64,000 nt of DNA, from assembly GCA_963823665.1 (NCBI GenBank), contig CAWGMQ010000004.1, positions 960,001 through 1,024,000 on the forward strand, given 5' to 3'. Made by a program: the position numbers and the translations under genes. Source of the DNA: an uncultured Planctomycetota bacterium. Its GTDB lineage: Bacteria > Planctomycetota > Planctomycetia > Isosphaerales > Isosphaeraceae. The notes under the pieces were generated by a model, which worked only from the letters and a program-made list of their open reading frames with translations, was not told the origin of the DNA and made no database searches. Positions 46,218 to 57,048 of the stretch are shown here, in pieces (positions within the stretch are counted from its first letter, which is position 1; every line of letters starts with the position of its first letter).

Positions 46218-47883
46218 ATGCTGCGCGACAACCCGGTCCTCTCTCGCGAGCTGCTCGTCACCTTGCGGTCGCCCCGCTCGTTTGTGTTGCAATTGCTCTA
46301 CGTCTGCGTGCTGGGCGCGCTGGTCTTTTTCCAGTGGCCGGCGGGCGAACAAGGCGCGCGCCAGGTGAGCCCGGGCGTGGCGCGCACCCTGTTCGACATT
46401 TTCTTCCTCGGCCAGTTTTTCCTGGTCGCGCTCATGGCGCCCACCTTTGCCGCCGGCAGCATCACCGGTGAAAAAGAGCGAAAGACGTACGAGCTGCTCC
46501 TGGCCAGCCCGCTGCGCCCGGGGACGATCCTGGTCGGCAAGCTGCTCAGCTCACTCTCGTACCTGGTCATCCTGATCATTTCCAGCCTGCCGCTGATGAT
46601 TCTCTGCTACCTCCTGGGTGGGTTACTGCTCTCGGAGATCACCCGCAGCTATCTGGTCTTGATCCTGGCGGCGGGCACGTTCGGGCTGCTGTCGATCGCC
46701 TGTTCGAGTTATTTCCGCCGGACAAGCTCGGCGCTGGTCGTCAGCTACCTGGTCATTCTGCCGCTGGCGGTTCTCTGCGTGGTGTTGACCCGGACCGACA
46801 ATGTCGTCGCTCGCGACTTTGTGTCGCTGGCGATCCTGCCTCCCTGGTGCCTGGCGGCGTGGACGGTCCTGGGCATTCTGATCAACCGCCGGCTTCTGCA
46901 CCCGCCGGACGTCGGCAGCGAAGGCAAGGACGTTGTCGACGAGGAAGAGGAGATGAAGTACGCGATCGGAGTCGTGATCGATCGCGACCTCTTCCCCGAC
47001 AAACTCTTCGCGCCGGCCAAACGCACCGACCTCATGCCCGACGGCACCAATCCCGTCCTGGACAAGGAGCTCCGCAGCGAGATCTTCAGCCAGGGAACGC
47101 TCATGCTGCGAGTCGTGATTCAGGTCAGCATGGTGCTTTCGATTCCGTTGATGGCCATCTTGCTGTTTCTCCGCTCCGACAAGGCGGCCTACTACGTGGC
47201 CTACGTCCTCACCTTCAATTTGCTGGTCGGGCCCGTGTTTTCCGCGGGGAGCATCACCCAGGAGCGCGAGCGCCAGACCTTGAGCCTCCTGCTGACGACG
47301 CTTCTGCGGCCGGGAAAGATCGTCTTCGCCAAGTTGATGGCGTCACTGCGGGTTTCGACCGTGCTGACATTCCTGCTCACCGAGCAGATGCTGCTGGCCT
47401 ATGTGCTGCTTCCCGAGCTGCGCGATCGCTTCTGGACACTGCTGGCGTACTTGCTAATCATCGCAACCACGTGCCTGGCCACGTCGACGATCGGACTCCT
47501 GTGCTCGGCGCTCGCCCGAAGAACCTCCACGGCGATGGTCGATCACTTACCTCACTCTGCTCATTCTGTTCGTCGTGCCGCTGGGAGTGGAGCTTTATCT
47601 GCGCGGGATGTCATCGGTGAGTGAAGAGCAACTGGCCGCCTTCACGATAACCAGCCCGTACTCGGCGGCGATGGGCGTGCCCATGCATACAACGCGAAGC
47701 GACGTCTGGAGTGACAAACCCCTCTCGGTTCCGGCACCCGTGCAGGTGAATATCACCAGGGACTTCTCCGCGCCGGTCTGGGCGATTTTCCTGTGCATCT
47801 ACCCGCCGTTTTGCCTGGGATTGCTCGGGCTGACCTACCTCGCATTTCGCTGGCGCTGGTGGCGGGCAGGGGGGCTGGGGTAA
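46218..47883 (+). CDS. ABC transporter permease (duplicated ABC-2 membrane domains); frameshift near 47541
   Basis: Two repeats of NPVL.RE/KEL...SIT.E.ER.T..LLL..L.PG.I..K. Confidence 0.9.
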
Positions 47884-47925
47884 AGGTCGGCTCGTGAGGC
47901 CAACGCGGGGAGGTCAGACGATCGT
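47571..47925 (+). repeat. Left copy of a ~350-bp direct repeat (3' end of the permease plus downstream DNA)
   Basis: Aligns by eye to 53025..53375 at roughly 90% identity. Confidence 0.92.
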
Positions 47926-47992
47926 AACTGACGTCGGTCGCTCATCCTCGTCAGGCGTCCTGTCGACGACGATCCCCAAGCACGCGATCGAG

Positions 47993-48220
47993 TCAGTCTA
48001 TCCGTGAGGCGGATCGAGACTGCTGATAGTAGCTCAGGGAGAAACGCCGCTCTTGCACGAGGTGGACGAGGTATGCGCGGACGTCTTCAGGGCTGAGGTG
48101 GTCCGGCGAAGATTTAAAGTAGCGCGCGAAGCGGGCAATGCATTGGACGTAGGTGTCGATGTTCTGTGACGTGAAATTGCGGAGGGTCATATCCTCGATC
48201 ATGCGGCGCAAGGGTGTCAT
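47993..48220 (-). pseudogene. Truncated tyrosine recombinase (phage integrase N-terminal SAM-like domain only)
   Basis: MTPLRRMIEDMTLRNF...TYV..IARFARYF..SPD.L..EDVRAYLVHL; catalytic domain absent. Confidence 0.85.
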
Positions 48221-48349
48221 GTGCGGCTCCTTTGCACTAGCGACTCGCCGGGAAAGCGGCGAGACTGTAACCGATGTCTACGTGAAGGGCCGGCGTCTTT
48301 CGTCGGTCGAGCCACAACCTATCGGGGACTCAGCGTCAGGAGCTCCGTC

Positions 48350-51300
48350 ATGGCCACCGCCGCGGAACGCGACCTGCTCTTCGGCTTGATCGCCTTGCAG
48401 GTCGGTCTCATCGATCAGTCACAGCTTGTCGCTGCATTTCGGGCCTGGGCCAGCGACAAAACCAAACCGCTCGCCGACCACCTCACCGCCCGCGGGGACC
48501 TTGACGAGGAGCAGTGCGCCGGCGTTTTTTCCATGGTGGGGCTGCACCTCAAGAAGCACGGCGGCGACGCCGAGAAATCGCTTGCTGCGGTTCCCGCCGG
48601 CCTCTCAACGCGCGAGAGACTCGCCCGCTTGGCCGACGCTGACCTGGACGCCTCCGTCGCCCGTCTTGGCACCCTGACGGCGCCCTCTGACGCGGCTCAG
48701 GACGCCGACCGCACTTCAAGCTACTCCGTCGGCGCGGCGACTTCCGACGGCCAGCGGTTCCGTGTGCTGCGTCCTCACGCACGCGGCGGCTTGGGCGCGG
48801 TGTTTGTGGCCCTTGACAGCGAGCTCCATCGCGAGGTCGCACTCAAGCAGATTCTCGACCAGCACGCCGATGACGCCCTCAGCCGGCAGCGGTTCTTGAT
48901 CGAGGCGGAAATCACCGGCGGGCTCGAGCATCCGGGCATCGTCCCGGTCTACGGCCTCGGGACCTACGCCGACGGCCGCCCTTACTACGCCATGCGGTTC
49001 ATCAAGGGCGACAGTCTGAGAGAGGCGATCGATCGCTTCCATACCGACTTATCGCTCAAGATGGACCCTGGCCGCCGAGCGCTTGGGCTGCACAAGCTGC
49101 TCCGCCGGTTCATGGACATTTGCAATGCCGTTGATTATGCGCACTTGCGCGGCGTGCTGCATCGCGACATCAAACCAGGCAACATCATCGTGGGCAAATA
49201 CGGCGAGACTCTGGTCGTTGACTGGGGGCTTGCCAAGCCGATGGGCCGGGCCGAGCCGGACAGCAACTCCGGCGAGCGGACGCTGATACCGTCTTCCGCG
49301 AGCGGCAGCGCCCAAACCTTGCCCGGCAGTGCGCTCGGCACACCCTCTTACATGAGCCCGGAGCAGGCGTCTGGGGATCTCGACAAGCTGGGGCCCCACT
49401 CAGACGTCTACAGCCTGGGTGCCACCCTCTTCTGCCTGTTGACCGGCAAGCCGCCGGTGGAAGGGCCGGACGTCGGCGAATTGCTCCGCCGGGTGCAGAA
49501 CGGTAATTTCCCCAGGCCGAGCCAGCTCGACCCGTTGATCGATCCCGCGCTCGAGGCGATCTGCCTGAAAGCGATGGCGAGGAGGCCTGTTGACCGCTAC
49601 GCATCATGCCGGGCGCTCTCAGACGAGGTCGAGCGCTGGATGGCTGACGAGCCGCTTACCGCTTACCAGGAGCCCATTTCCAGGCGGGTGCGGCGATGGG
49701 CCAAACGCAACCGGACCAAAGTGGCGATGGCCGGAGCGGCGCTCCTGGCCGGCGTGGTTGGTCTCTCGGCGGTGCTGCTGGTGCAAACCCAGGCCACGGC
49801 CGAAATCGCGCGGGCGCTGGCGAGCGAGACGCAGGCCAACGCGGCACTCGCTGATGCGAACGAGAAGGTTCAGGCCCGCTACCGGTTGGCGATGGCGGCG
49901 ATCAAGACCTTTCAAACGGGCGTCACCCAGGACTTCATGCTCAAGGAGGAAAAGTTCAAGGATCTGCGCGACCGGCTCTTGAAATCGGCGGTCGATTTCT
50001 ACGGCCAGCTCGGGGCTCTGCTCGAGAAGGAGAAAGGCGGCACCTCGCGGCGGGCGCTCTCGCAGGCGAACTTCGAGCTCGGGAACCTGATCAGTCAGAT
50101 CGGCCGCAAGGAAGACGCCCTCGCGGTCCACAGGAAGGTTCTGGCCGACCGCGAAGCGCTGCTCTCTGATCCCGGGGCCGATGATAGTGTGAGAATGGAC
50201 CTCGGTCAGAGCACGATCGAGGTCGGCAGCCTGCTCGAGGTAGTCGGCAAGATCGACGACGCGCTCGCGGCCTTCAACCGCTCGGAAACGCTCCTGTCTG
50301 GCGCGGGACCGGCGGCGCGTGCCGCTCTGGCCCGCTCCCGTTCGGGGCTGGGCGCGCTCCTGGCCAAGACCGGCAAGCACACCGAGGCCTTGGCGGCATA
50401 CCGCTTGGCCCGCGCCGATCAGGAACGGATCGCGGCGGACAATGCAAGTTCAGCCGAGGCCCGCGCGAACCTGGCGGAGACGCTCAATCGCATCGGTAAA
50501 CTCTTGTCGCTATCCGCCACACCGAAAGAGGCGGAGCCCGAGTATCGCAGAGCGCTGGCAATCCGGCAAAAGCTCGCCGACGAAAACCCCGCCGATGCCG
50601 AACTCCGGAATAACCTCGGCGCCAGTCACTCCGGCCTCGCCTCACTCCTCTCCGACACCAGGGAGCAACGTCGGGCCGAGGCAGAGTATCGCGCGGCGCT
50701 TGAGATCCAGCAGAAGCTCGTCGACGACAACCCCGCCGTCAGCAGATTTCGTAACAGCCTGGCGAGCACCCGCAACAACCTCGGCATCCTGCTCCTCTCC
50801 GCCGGCAATTTGAAGGATGCAGAGGCGGAATTCCGCGCGGCTGTGGTGAACCAGCGGAAGCTTGCCGACGAGAACCCCGCCGTCGCCGAGTTCCGCAACA
50901 ATCTTGCCAACGGCACCAGCAACGTCGGGTTGGTGCTTTCCCAGGCAGGCAAACTGGCCCCGGCCGAGATCGAGTTGCGTAAAGCGCTGGAGCTGCGTGA
51001 GCGGCTGGTCGAAGAGAATGCCTCCGTCAACGACTTCCGATACCAGCAGGCACACAGTCACCTCAGCCTGGCCGTGGTGCTGGAGAAGATGGGAAAACCG
51101 GCGGAAGCGGATGCCCAGCACCGCGCCGCGATCGCAGTCGGGCGGAAGCTCGCCGCCGAAAACCCCGAAGTCACTCACTACGGGTTCGACCTGGGACGCG
51201 TTCGCCTTTCGTTCGCCATGTCGCTGGCGCGAAGGGGGAAGCTTCTCGATGCGGAAACCGAGTTCCGCGCGGCGGTCGCCATCCTGCGGAAGGCGGCTGA

Positions 51301-52867
51301 GGCCAACCCCGCCGTTACGGATTTCCGCGTCCACCTGTCGAACGCATACTACAACCTCGGCTGGCTGCTCGCAGGTGTCGCAAAGACGGCCGAGGCCGAG
51401 GCCGAGTATCGACAGGCCCTCGCGATCCGACGAAAGCTCTTAGATGAAATCCCGAATAACGCCGGCCTTCGCGCCGAGCTGGCGGTGACCCGGTACGCTC
51501 TGGGTCTTGTTCTCGCGGCGACAGGCAAGACTGCCGCCGCTTTGAGCGAGTATCGCGCGGCGCTCGAGATCCAGCAGAAACTTGCTGACGAGAATCCTAC
51601 CGTGGCCGCTTTCCGCGAAAATCTGGCACGGAGCCAAGCCAGCCTCGGTCTGCTCTTGTCGAACCTGGGCAAGTCGTCCGATGCGGAGGCCGAGCTCCGA
51701 CGGGCAATCGCGGTCCGGCAGAAGCTTGTCGCCGATAATCCCGCCGCGCCCAATCTCCGGAACGAGCTCGCAGACTCGCACCAAACCCTCGGCGTCGTGT
51801 TGGGGCGCACTGGTAAGGTTCTCGACGAGGCTGCAGAGTGCCGGCGGGCGCTCGCGATCTATCAAGAGCTGGCCGATCAATACCCAAGCGTCGCGGACTA
51901 CCGCAACGGGCTGGCGGACAGCCACAGCAATGTCGCCTCCGTGCTCCGCGAGTTCGGCAGCCGGGCGGAGGCGGAAAGACATTTCCGCCAGGCGCTGGCG
52001 ATCCGACAGAAGCTGGTCGACGCCAACCCCACGATCGCCAGGTTCCGCGGTCACCTGGCGATCGGCCACGACGGGTTGGGCTCGCTGCTTTCGGATGCGG
52101 GCAGACTCGCGGAGGCAGAGGCAGAGATGCGCGAGGCCTTAGCCATAAATCAGAAGCTCGCCGAGTTTAACCACGCCATCACTGACTTCCGGCAGAACGT
52201 GGCGAGCGCGCACAAAAATCTGGGCTGGTTGTTCTCGCAGACGGGCAAGCTGTCTCAGGCTGAAGCGGAGCTCGGCAAGGCGCTCCTGATCGCTCGCGAG
52301 CTGGCGCAGGCTCACCCGAACGCCCCGACCTTTCGCCAGACCGTGGCTGACGTCGAGAGTCGCCTCTGCGTCGTGTTTCGTCGGCTTGGCCGCCCGCTCA
52401 AGGCCCGAGACGCAGGCGAGCAAGCCGTTTCGATCAGCGAGGCGCTCGTGAACGCACACCGCGACAACCCGGCATACGCGGTCCTGCTGGCCCGGAGCTG
52501 GGCCAACCGCGGCCTGGCGTCACGCGCGCTTGGTGAATTCGCCGGGGCCGAGGCCGACCTCAGCCGAGCCGTCGCGTTCTGGAGAATGCTGCCGGGGCGG
52601 TCGGGCGAGCTTTGGCTCGAGACCGCGATCGCCCACGCCGCACTCGCAAGCTTGGCCGGTAGGTCCGGCTCGCACGTCTCGGCTGCCGAGGCCTCGAACC
52701 TGATCGATTCCGCGGTAATCCTGCTCCGCCAAGCCATCGCGACGGGCTTCCGCAACCCGGGCGCCTATTGCAACGAGGAAGCCCTCGACTTGCTCCACTC
52801 CCGCGAAGACTGGAAGCTCTTGATGATGGACCTGGCCATGCCCACCGAGTTCTTCACTCCGCCGTAG
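48350..52867 (+). CDS. Ser/Thr protein kinase with a TM segment and a long TPR array (~1505 aa)
   Basis: HARGGLGAV, VALK, HRDIKPGN, DWGLAK, GTPSYMSPEQ, DVYSLG; TM segment; roughly 15 repeats of ~49 aa (AEAE.R.AL.I.QKL...NP). Confidence 0.93.
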   Translation: MATAAERDLLFGLIALQVGLIDQSQLVAAFRAWASDKTKPLADHLTARGDLDEEQCAGVFSMVGLHLKKHGGDAEKSLAAVPAGLSTRERLARLADADLDASVARLGTLTAPSDAAQDADRTSSYSVGAATSDGQRFRVLRPHARGGLGAVFVALDSELHREVALKQILDQHADDALSRQRFLIEAEITGGLEHPGIVPVYGLGTYADGRPYYAMRFIKGDSLREAIDRFHTDLSLKMDPGRRALGLHKLLRRFMDICNAVDYAHLRGVLHRDIKPGNIIVGKYGETLVVDWGLAKPMGRAEPDSNSGERTLIPSSASGSAQTLPGSALGTPSYMSPEQASGDLDKLGPHSDVYSLGATLFCLLTGKPPVEGPDVGELLRRVQNGNFPRPSQLDPLIDPALEAICLKAMARRPVDRYASCRALSDEVERWMADEPLTAYQEPISRRVRRWAKRNRTKVAMAGAALLAGVVGLSAVLLVQTQATAEIARALASETQANAALADANEKVQARYRLAMAAIKTFQTGVTQDFMLKEEKFKDLRDRLLKSAVDFYGQLGALLEKEKGGTSRRALSQANFELGNLISQIGRKEDALAVHRKVLADREALLSDPGADDSVRMDLGQSTIEVGSLLEVVGKIDDALAAFNRSETLLSGAGPAARAALARSRSGLGALLAKTGKHTEALAAYRLARADQERIAADNASSAEARANLAETLNRIGKLLSLSATPKEAEPEYRRALAIRQKLADENPADAELRNNLGASHSGLASLLSDTREQRRAEAEYRAALEIQQKLVDDNPAVSRFRNSLASTRNNLGILLLSAGNLKDAEAEFRAAVVNQRKLADENPAVAEFRNNLANGTSNVGLVLSQAGKLAPAEIELRKALELRERLVEENASVNDFRYQQAHSHLSLAVVLEKMGKPAEADAQHRAAIAVGRKLAAENPEVTHYGFDLGRVRLSFAMSLARRGKLLDAETEFRAAVAILRKAAEANPAVTDFRVHLSNAYYNLGWLLAGVAKTAEAEAEYRQALAIRRKLLDEIPNNAGLRAELAVTRYALGLVLAATGKTAAALSEYRAALEIQQKLADENPTVAAFRENLARSQASLGLLLSNLGKSSDAEAELRRAIAVRQKLVADNPAAPNLRNELADSHQTLGVVLGRTGKVLDEAAECRRALAIYQELADQYPSVADYRNGLADSHSNVASVLREFGSRAEAERHFRQALAIRQKLVDANPTIARFRGHLAIGHDGLGSLLSDAGRLAEAEAEMREALAINQKLAEFNHAITDFRQNVASAHKNLGWLFSQTGKLSQAEAELGKALLIARELAQAHPNAPTFRQTVADVESRLCVVFRRLGRPLKARDAGEQAVSISEALVNAHRDNPAYAVLLARSWANRGLASRALGEFAGAEADLSRAVAFWRMLPGRSGELWLETAIAHAALASLAGRSGSHVSAAEASNLIDSAVILLRQAIATGFRNPGAYCNEEALDLLHSREDWKLLMMDLAMPTEFFTPP

Positions 52868-53024
52868 TTCACCGGCATAAGCTTCTCGCGACGATTGCCC
52901 TCGACACAACCTCTTTTCTGCGATCGAGCCTGCAACGCAACCAAGAGATCGACTGGGGCCTTGGCCTCAACCCCAGACCGATCACGTCCAAGCCTGAAGC
53001 ACGGCGCGTGTCCTCGGCTCTTGT

Positions 53025-53375
53025 CGTCGTGCCGCTGGGAGTAGAGCTTTATCTGCGCAGGATGTCATCGGTGACTGAAGAGCAACTGGCCGCCTTCACG
53101 GTGAGCCCGTACTCCGCGGCCATGGGCGTGCCCATGCATAGGACGCGAAGCGACGTCTGGAGTGACAAACCCCTCTCGGTTGCGTCACCGGTGCAGGTGA
53201 ACATCACCAGGGACTTCTCCCTACCGGTCCGGGCGATTTTCCTGTGCATCTACCCGCCGCTTTGCCTGGGACTGCTGGGGCTCACGTACCTGGCATTCCG
53301 CTGGCGCTGGTGACGGGCTGGGGGGCTGGGGTAAAGATCGGCTCGTGAGGGCGACCCGAGGAAGTCAGACACATC
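53025..53375 (+). repeat. Right, decaying copy of the permease 3' end
   Basis: Same sequence as 47571..47925 with a 3-bp deletion, TGG>CGG and TGG>TGA changes. Confidence 0.92.
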
Positions 53376-53496
53376 ACAGCGACGACACCCCCGCTGACCT
53401 TTGTCGCCAGTACGTAAAGCGAAGACTTGAGCCTGCGCACGACAAGTTAAAGAACACCGTTCTCGAGTGGAGCGTCCTGGAAGCGATGAATTCGGC

Positions 53497-54414
53497 CTAA
53501 GATCGACGACCGCCGAACTGATCCGCGTGAAGCGATACAAATTCCCGGACGCTCATCGCCGGCCGGCCGGTCACCCGCTCCACACCGTCCGCCATCCGGT
53601 CATAGCGGCCCGCCCGGTTCAACTCGGCCATCGTCACCAGATGGTGGGTCAAGTGTTCCGGCAACCCCGCACTTTTCAGCTCCCGTTCCCAATCCTCGGG
53701 GGAGATGTCCGAGTACGTGACCTCACGGTTTTACGCGTCCGAATACTCCCGGGCGACTCCGTCCATGTCCTGCGAGCGCGGACCGGTAAGTTCGTATATC
53801 CGGCCCACATGCGGCCCAGGGTCGGCGAGGACGACAGCGACGACCCGAGCAACGTCAGCCGAGGATACAGGAGAGGTCTTGCCCCGCCCGAACGGCAGTT
53901 CGATGCGGCCTCGGTCGCGGACGGTCGGAGCGGTGAGAGGGACGAAGAAGCCCTCCAGGAAGACCGTCGGCCGGATGGTAACGACCGGCAGGCCGGACCA
54001 CGCGAGCGCCTGCTCGCTGAGCCAGTGCTGCCGCTGCTGCGGGCTCGGGGTTGTGTTCTGGATGCTCATCTGGGAGACGGTCATCTGGGACATGTTAACC
54101 AGGATGTCCAGCCCGACTTCCCGGGCGACCGCCGCGATGGTCACGCTCGCCTCAAGGTACCCAGGCGAAACGGACATGCCGAAGTAGACCCGCCGACAGC
54201 CACTGACGACCCGATAGACGTCGGCCGGTTCGAGGAGGTCTCCGACCACCACCTCGGCACCGGCGGCCCGCAGGGCAGCCGCCCGCTCGTCCTCGCGGCG
54301 GACCATGGCTCGAACCGGAAGCCCGCGATCGAGGAGCAACTCGGTCACGGTTCGCCCGACTGCCCCGAGGTGACCGGCTGCCCCGGTTACGAGGATCAAT
54401 CCGCTGTCGGCCAC
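53497..54414 (-). pseudogene. NmrA-like NAD(P)-binding protein with an in-frame TAA at 53731
   Basis: ILVTGAAG..G.VG. After REYSDA* the same frame continues NREVTYSDISPEDWERELK...RVTGRPAMSVREFV to TAG at 53497. Confidence 0.82.
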
Positions 54415-54690
54415 GCGACCTCCTCCCTTTCGCAGAACTCGCGATGATCCAACACGATCGCATCATACTACAGGACCGGAAACGGCCGGGGAACGACCGA
54501 ACTCACCGATGCCTCGACAACATGCACGCGGCTGGTTCTCCTCCCCACCCCGCCTCAGACCACGGGTCGATCGCCGTCTTTTCGAATGCCTGCCCCGAGA
54601 GTTGCCCGTCCGAAGGATTCCTGCGAGAATCGCCGCTGAAACCGTGAAGTCATTTGGTTGAGCAACGCGCTCGGGGGGGGAGGGCGTCGG

Positions 54691-55829
54691 ATGACACCGG
54701 AACGGTCGCGCCGGATCGACGAGCTCGTCAACGGCGCACGCCAGCTCGACCCTGCCGCGCAGGAGTCCTGGCTCGAGCGCGCGTGCGGCGGTGACGAGGA
54801 CCTGCGGGCGGAGGTCGGCCGGCTCCTCGCCGGCGGCACGCGGGCGGACCGCGACGGGTTCCTGCGGCCGCCGGAGGAGCCCGCCCAAGGACCCGAGCCC
54901 GGGACGACCGAGCTGCCCGACCCCGAGCGCCCCGCCCTGGTCGATCGCCCCCCCGCCGCCGACGACGCCAATCGAGAACCGGTCTCCGGAGTTCCCGACC
55001 GGCACCGGCACTCTGCCTCATCCTGTATCCGAGGGGCCGGGGGTCACGATCGGCTCGTACAAGCTGCTCCAGCAACTCGGCGAAGGCGGCTTCGGCATCG
55101 TCTACATGGCCGAGCAGGACAAGCCGGTCCATCGTAGGGTCGCTCTCAAGATCATCAAGCCGGGCATGGACAGCACCAGGTCATCGCCCGCTTCGAGGCC
55201 GAGAAGCAAGCCTTGGCCATGATGGACCACCAGAACATTGCCAAGGTCTTTGACGCCGGCACAACCGACTGCGGGCGCCCGTTCTTCGTAATGGAGCTCG
55301 TGCATGGCGTACCCATCACCAAATGGGTCGTTGCTATTACAACCTGGCCCTGGATGCGCAACTTGCACGCCGATGGGACGCCGTGTTGGCCAATGACGAG
55401 AAGGCGATCGAGATCCTGGAGCAACTTGTCGGCAAAGGCTATGGACAGGTCCGTTCCGATCTCCTCGACGGCCGGCTCCTTCGCGCCACCATGCTGGCCG
55501 GACGGGGCGAGCACGAGCGAGCGACCAATGATGCGAACGCCATCGCCACTGAGGAAGGCGTTGGCCAAGTTAACCATTACAACATTGCCTGCGTCTTCGC
55601 CGCATCGTCGGCCGCCGCCCTGAACGACGGCAAACTCGCTCCGGCGGACCGAACCAGGCTGAAAGCGCTATATGCTGACCGCGCCATGGACTTCCTGCGC
55701 CAGGCGGTCGCTGAAGGTCATCAGGACACCGCGTTGCTCAAGGGCGATCCGGACTTAGCCTCGCTGCGCTCGCGCGAGGATTTTCAGAAGCTGGTCCGGG
55801 AGTTGGAACGGAAGAGCACTCGTCAATAA
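54691..55829 (+). pseudogene. Ser/Thr kinase-TPR gene with frameshifts and a large internal deletion near 55323
   Basis: MTPERSRRI..., [34 protein letters not shown] joined to a C-terminal YNIAC...DRAMDFLRQAV...DPDLASLRSREDFQKL. HRD/DFG motifs are absent. Confidence 0.85.
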
Positions 55830-56050
55830 CGCCGGCATCTTCGTCTCGAGGCCGTTCGTCAATTACGCCGAGGCCGACTACGCGGCGGTGCTGTCCAACC
55901 TGGCGGGCTTCTTCCAAATCACCCAAAGAGTCGCGAGGCGGATGCTCGAGCGAGGGTCGGGCCATATCGTGAACATCACGGCAGCGCTGGCCGAGCACTC
56001 ACAGACGGCCGTGCCCGCGGCGCTCGCGGCGTTAACAAAGGGCGGGCTCC
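55819..56050 (+). pseudogene. Classical SDR (3-oxoacyl-ACP reductase-like) internal fragment
   Basis: LVNNAGIF...GSGHIVNIT...AALTKGGL. Confidence 0.75.
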
Positions 56051-56928
56051 ATGTGATCGAGATCGTCGATCATCCCAGCCTTCTGCGTCAGGCGCCATCC
56101 CAGCCGCTGCTGCGTGAGCGCGCTCGACGCCGGCATGTCCATCCCGGCAAAGAATCCGAGCCAGCCGAAGTGACCGGCGGCCGCTTCGGGCGACATGGAG
56201 ACAACCGGAATCTTCAAGCCCTGCCCGATCGCCTCCGCGATCTCTCGGGCCGGCACGCCCTCTTCAGCGACCGCGTGATACCTGGCCCGGGCGGTTCCCT
56301 TCTCAAGGGCCAGCCTGTAGACGGGCGCGGCATCGAGCAGATGCACCGCGGGCCAGCGGTTCTGGCCATCGCCGACGTAAGCCGCGACGCCCTTCTCGCG
56401 GGCGATGGCGATCGCGGGCGTGACGAGGCCTTGCTTCTCCGTGTTATGCACCTGCGGCAGTCGAACCACCGACACGCTCACGCCACGCGCGGCGACCTCC
56501 TCTGCCGCGAATTCCGAGGCTGCGCGGGGGTTGGGGTGGTTGGGATCGAAATGGTCCTCGGTCGCGAGGCGGCCGGGCGCCGCGTTCCCCATCCCGGTCC
56601 CGGAGGTGATAACCAGGTGACGGTCGGAGCCTGCGAGCGCGTCACCGAGCGCCTCGATTGCCCGCCTGTCCGCCTCGCAGACCTCCTGGAATCGTGAGAA
56701 GTCGTGGATGAAGCCGGTGTGAATCACCCCGTCCGATGACGCCGCGCCTCTCCGCAGGCTGTCGAGGTTTTCGAGATCGCCTCGGTGCACCTCGGCCCCG
56801 GCGGCGGCGAGCGACGCGGCGCCCGCGTCCGAACGCGCGAGGCCGAGCACCTTGTGGCCCGCGGCGATCAGATCCTGAACGACGGCGGAGCCGACGAAGC
56901 CGGTGGCGCCGGTAACGAAAACACGCAT
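56032..56928 (-). CDS. NAD-dependent epimerase/extended SDR, paralog of 25723..26610
   Basis: [23 protein letters not shown]; colinear with the paralog. Confidence 0.92.
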   Translation of the reverse strand: MRVFVTGATGFVGSAVVQDLIAAGHKVLGLARSDAGAASLAAAGAEVHRGDLENLDSLRRGAASSDGVIHTGFIHDFSRFQEVCEADRRAIEALGDALAGSDRHLVITSGTGMGNAAPGRLATEDHFDPNHPNPRAASEFAAEEVAARGVSVSVVRLPQVHNTEKQGLVTPAIAIAREKGVAAYVGDGQNRWPAVHLLDAAPVYRLALEKGTARARYHAVAEEGVPAREIAEAIGQGLKIPVVSMSPEAAAGHFGWLGFFAGMDMPASSALTQQRLGWRLTQKAGMIDDLDHMEPALC

Positions 56929-57048
56929 CAGAAACCTCCCTCAGTTCGACTCGAACTTTCGGTCCCTTGGTCCACAGGGTAGGCTTTTGACCTGAGACGA
57001 TCTATGCTTTAGAGTCCAATCTTTCGTCGCCATCGTCCAGGAGGTCGA

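Noticed and set aside
50400..52500. Periodic ~147-bp repeats as a CRISPR or other DNA array
   Set aside because: They are degenerate in-frame TPR coding repeats with no spacer structure and no cas genes.
47571..53375. Repeat pair as a DGR template/variable repeat
   Set aside because: Mismatches are not adenine-specific (many C/G and T/C), and no reverse transcriptase is present in the window.
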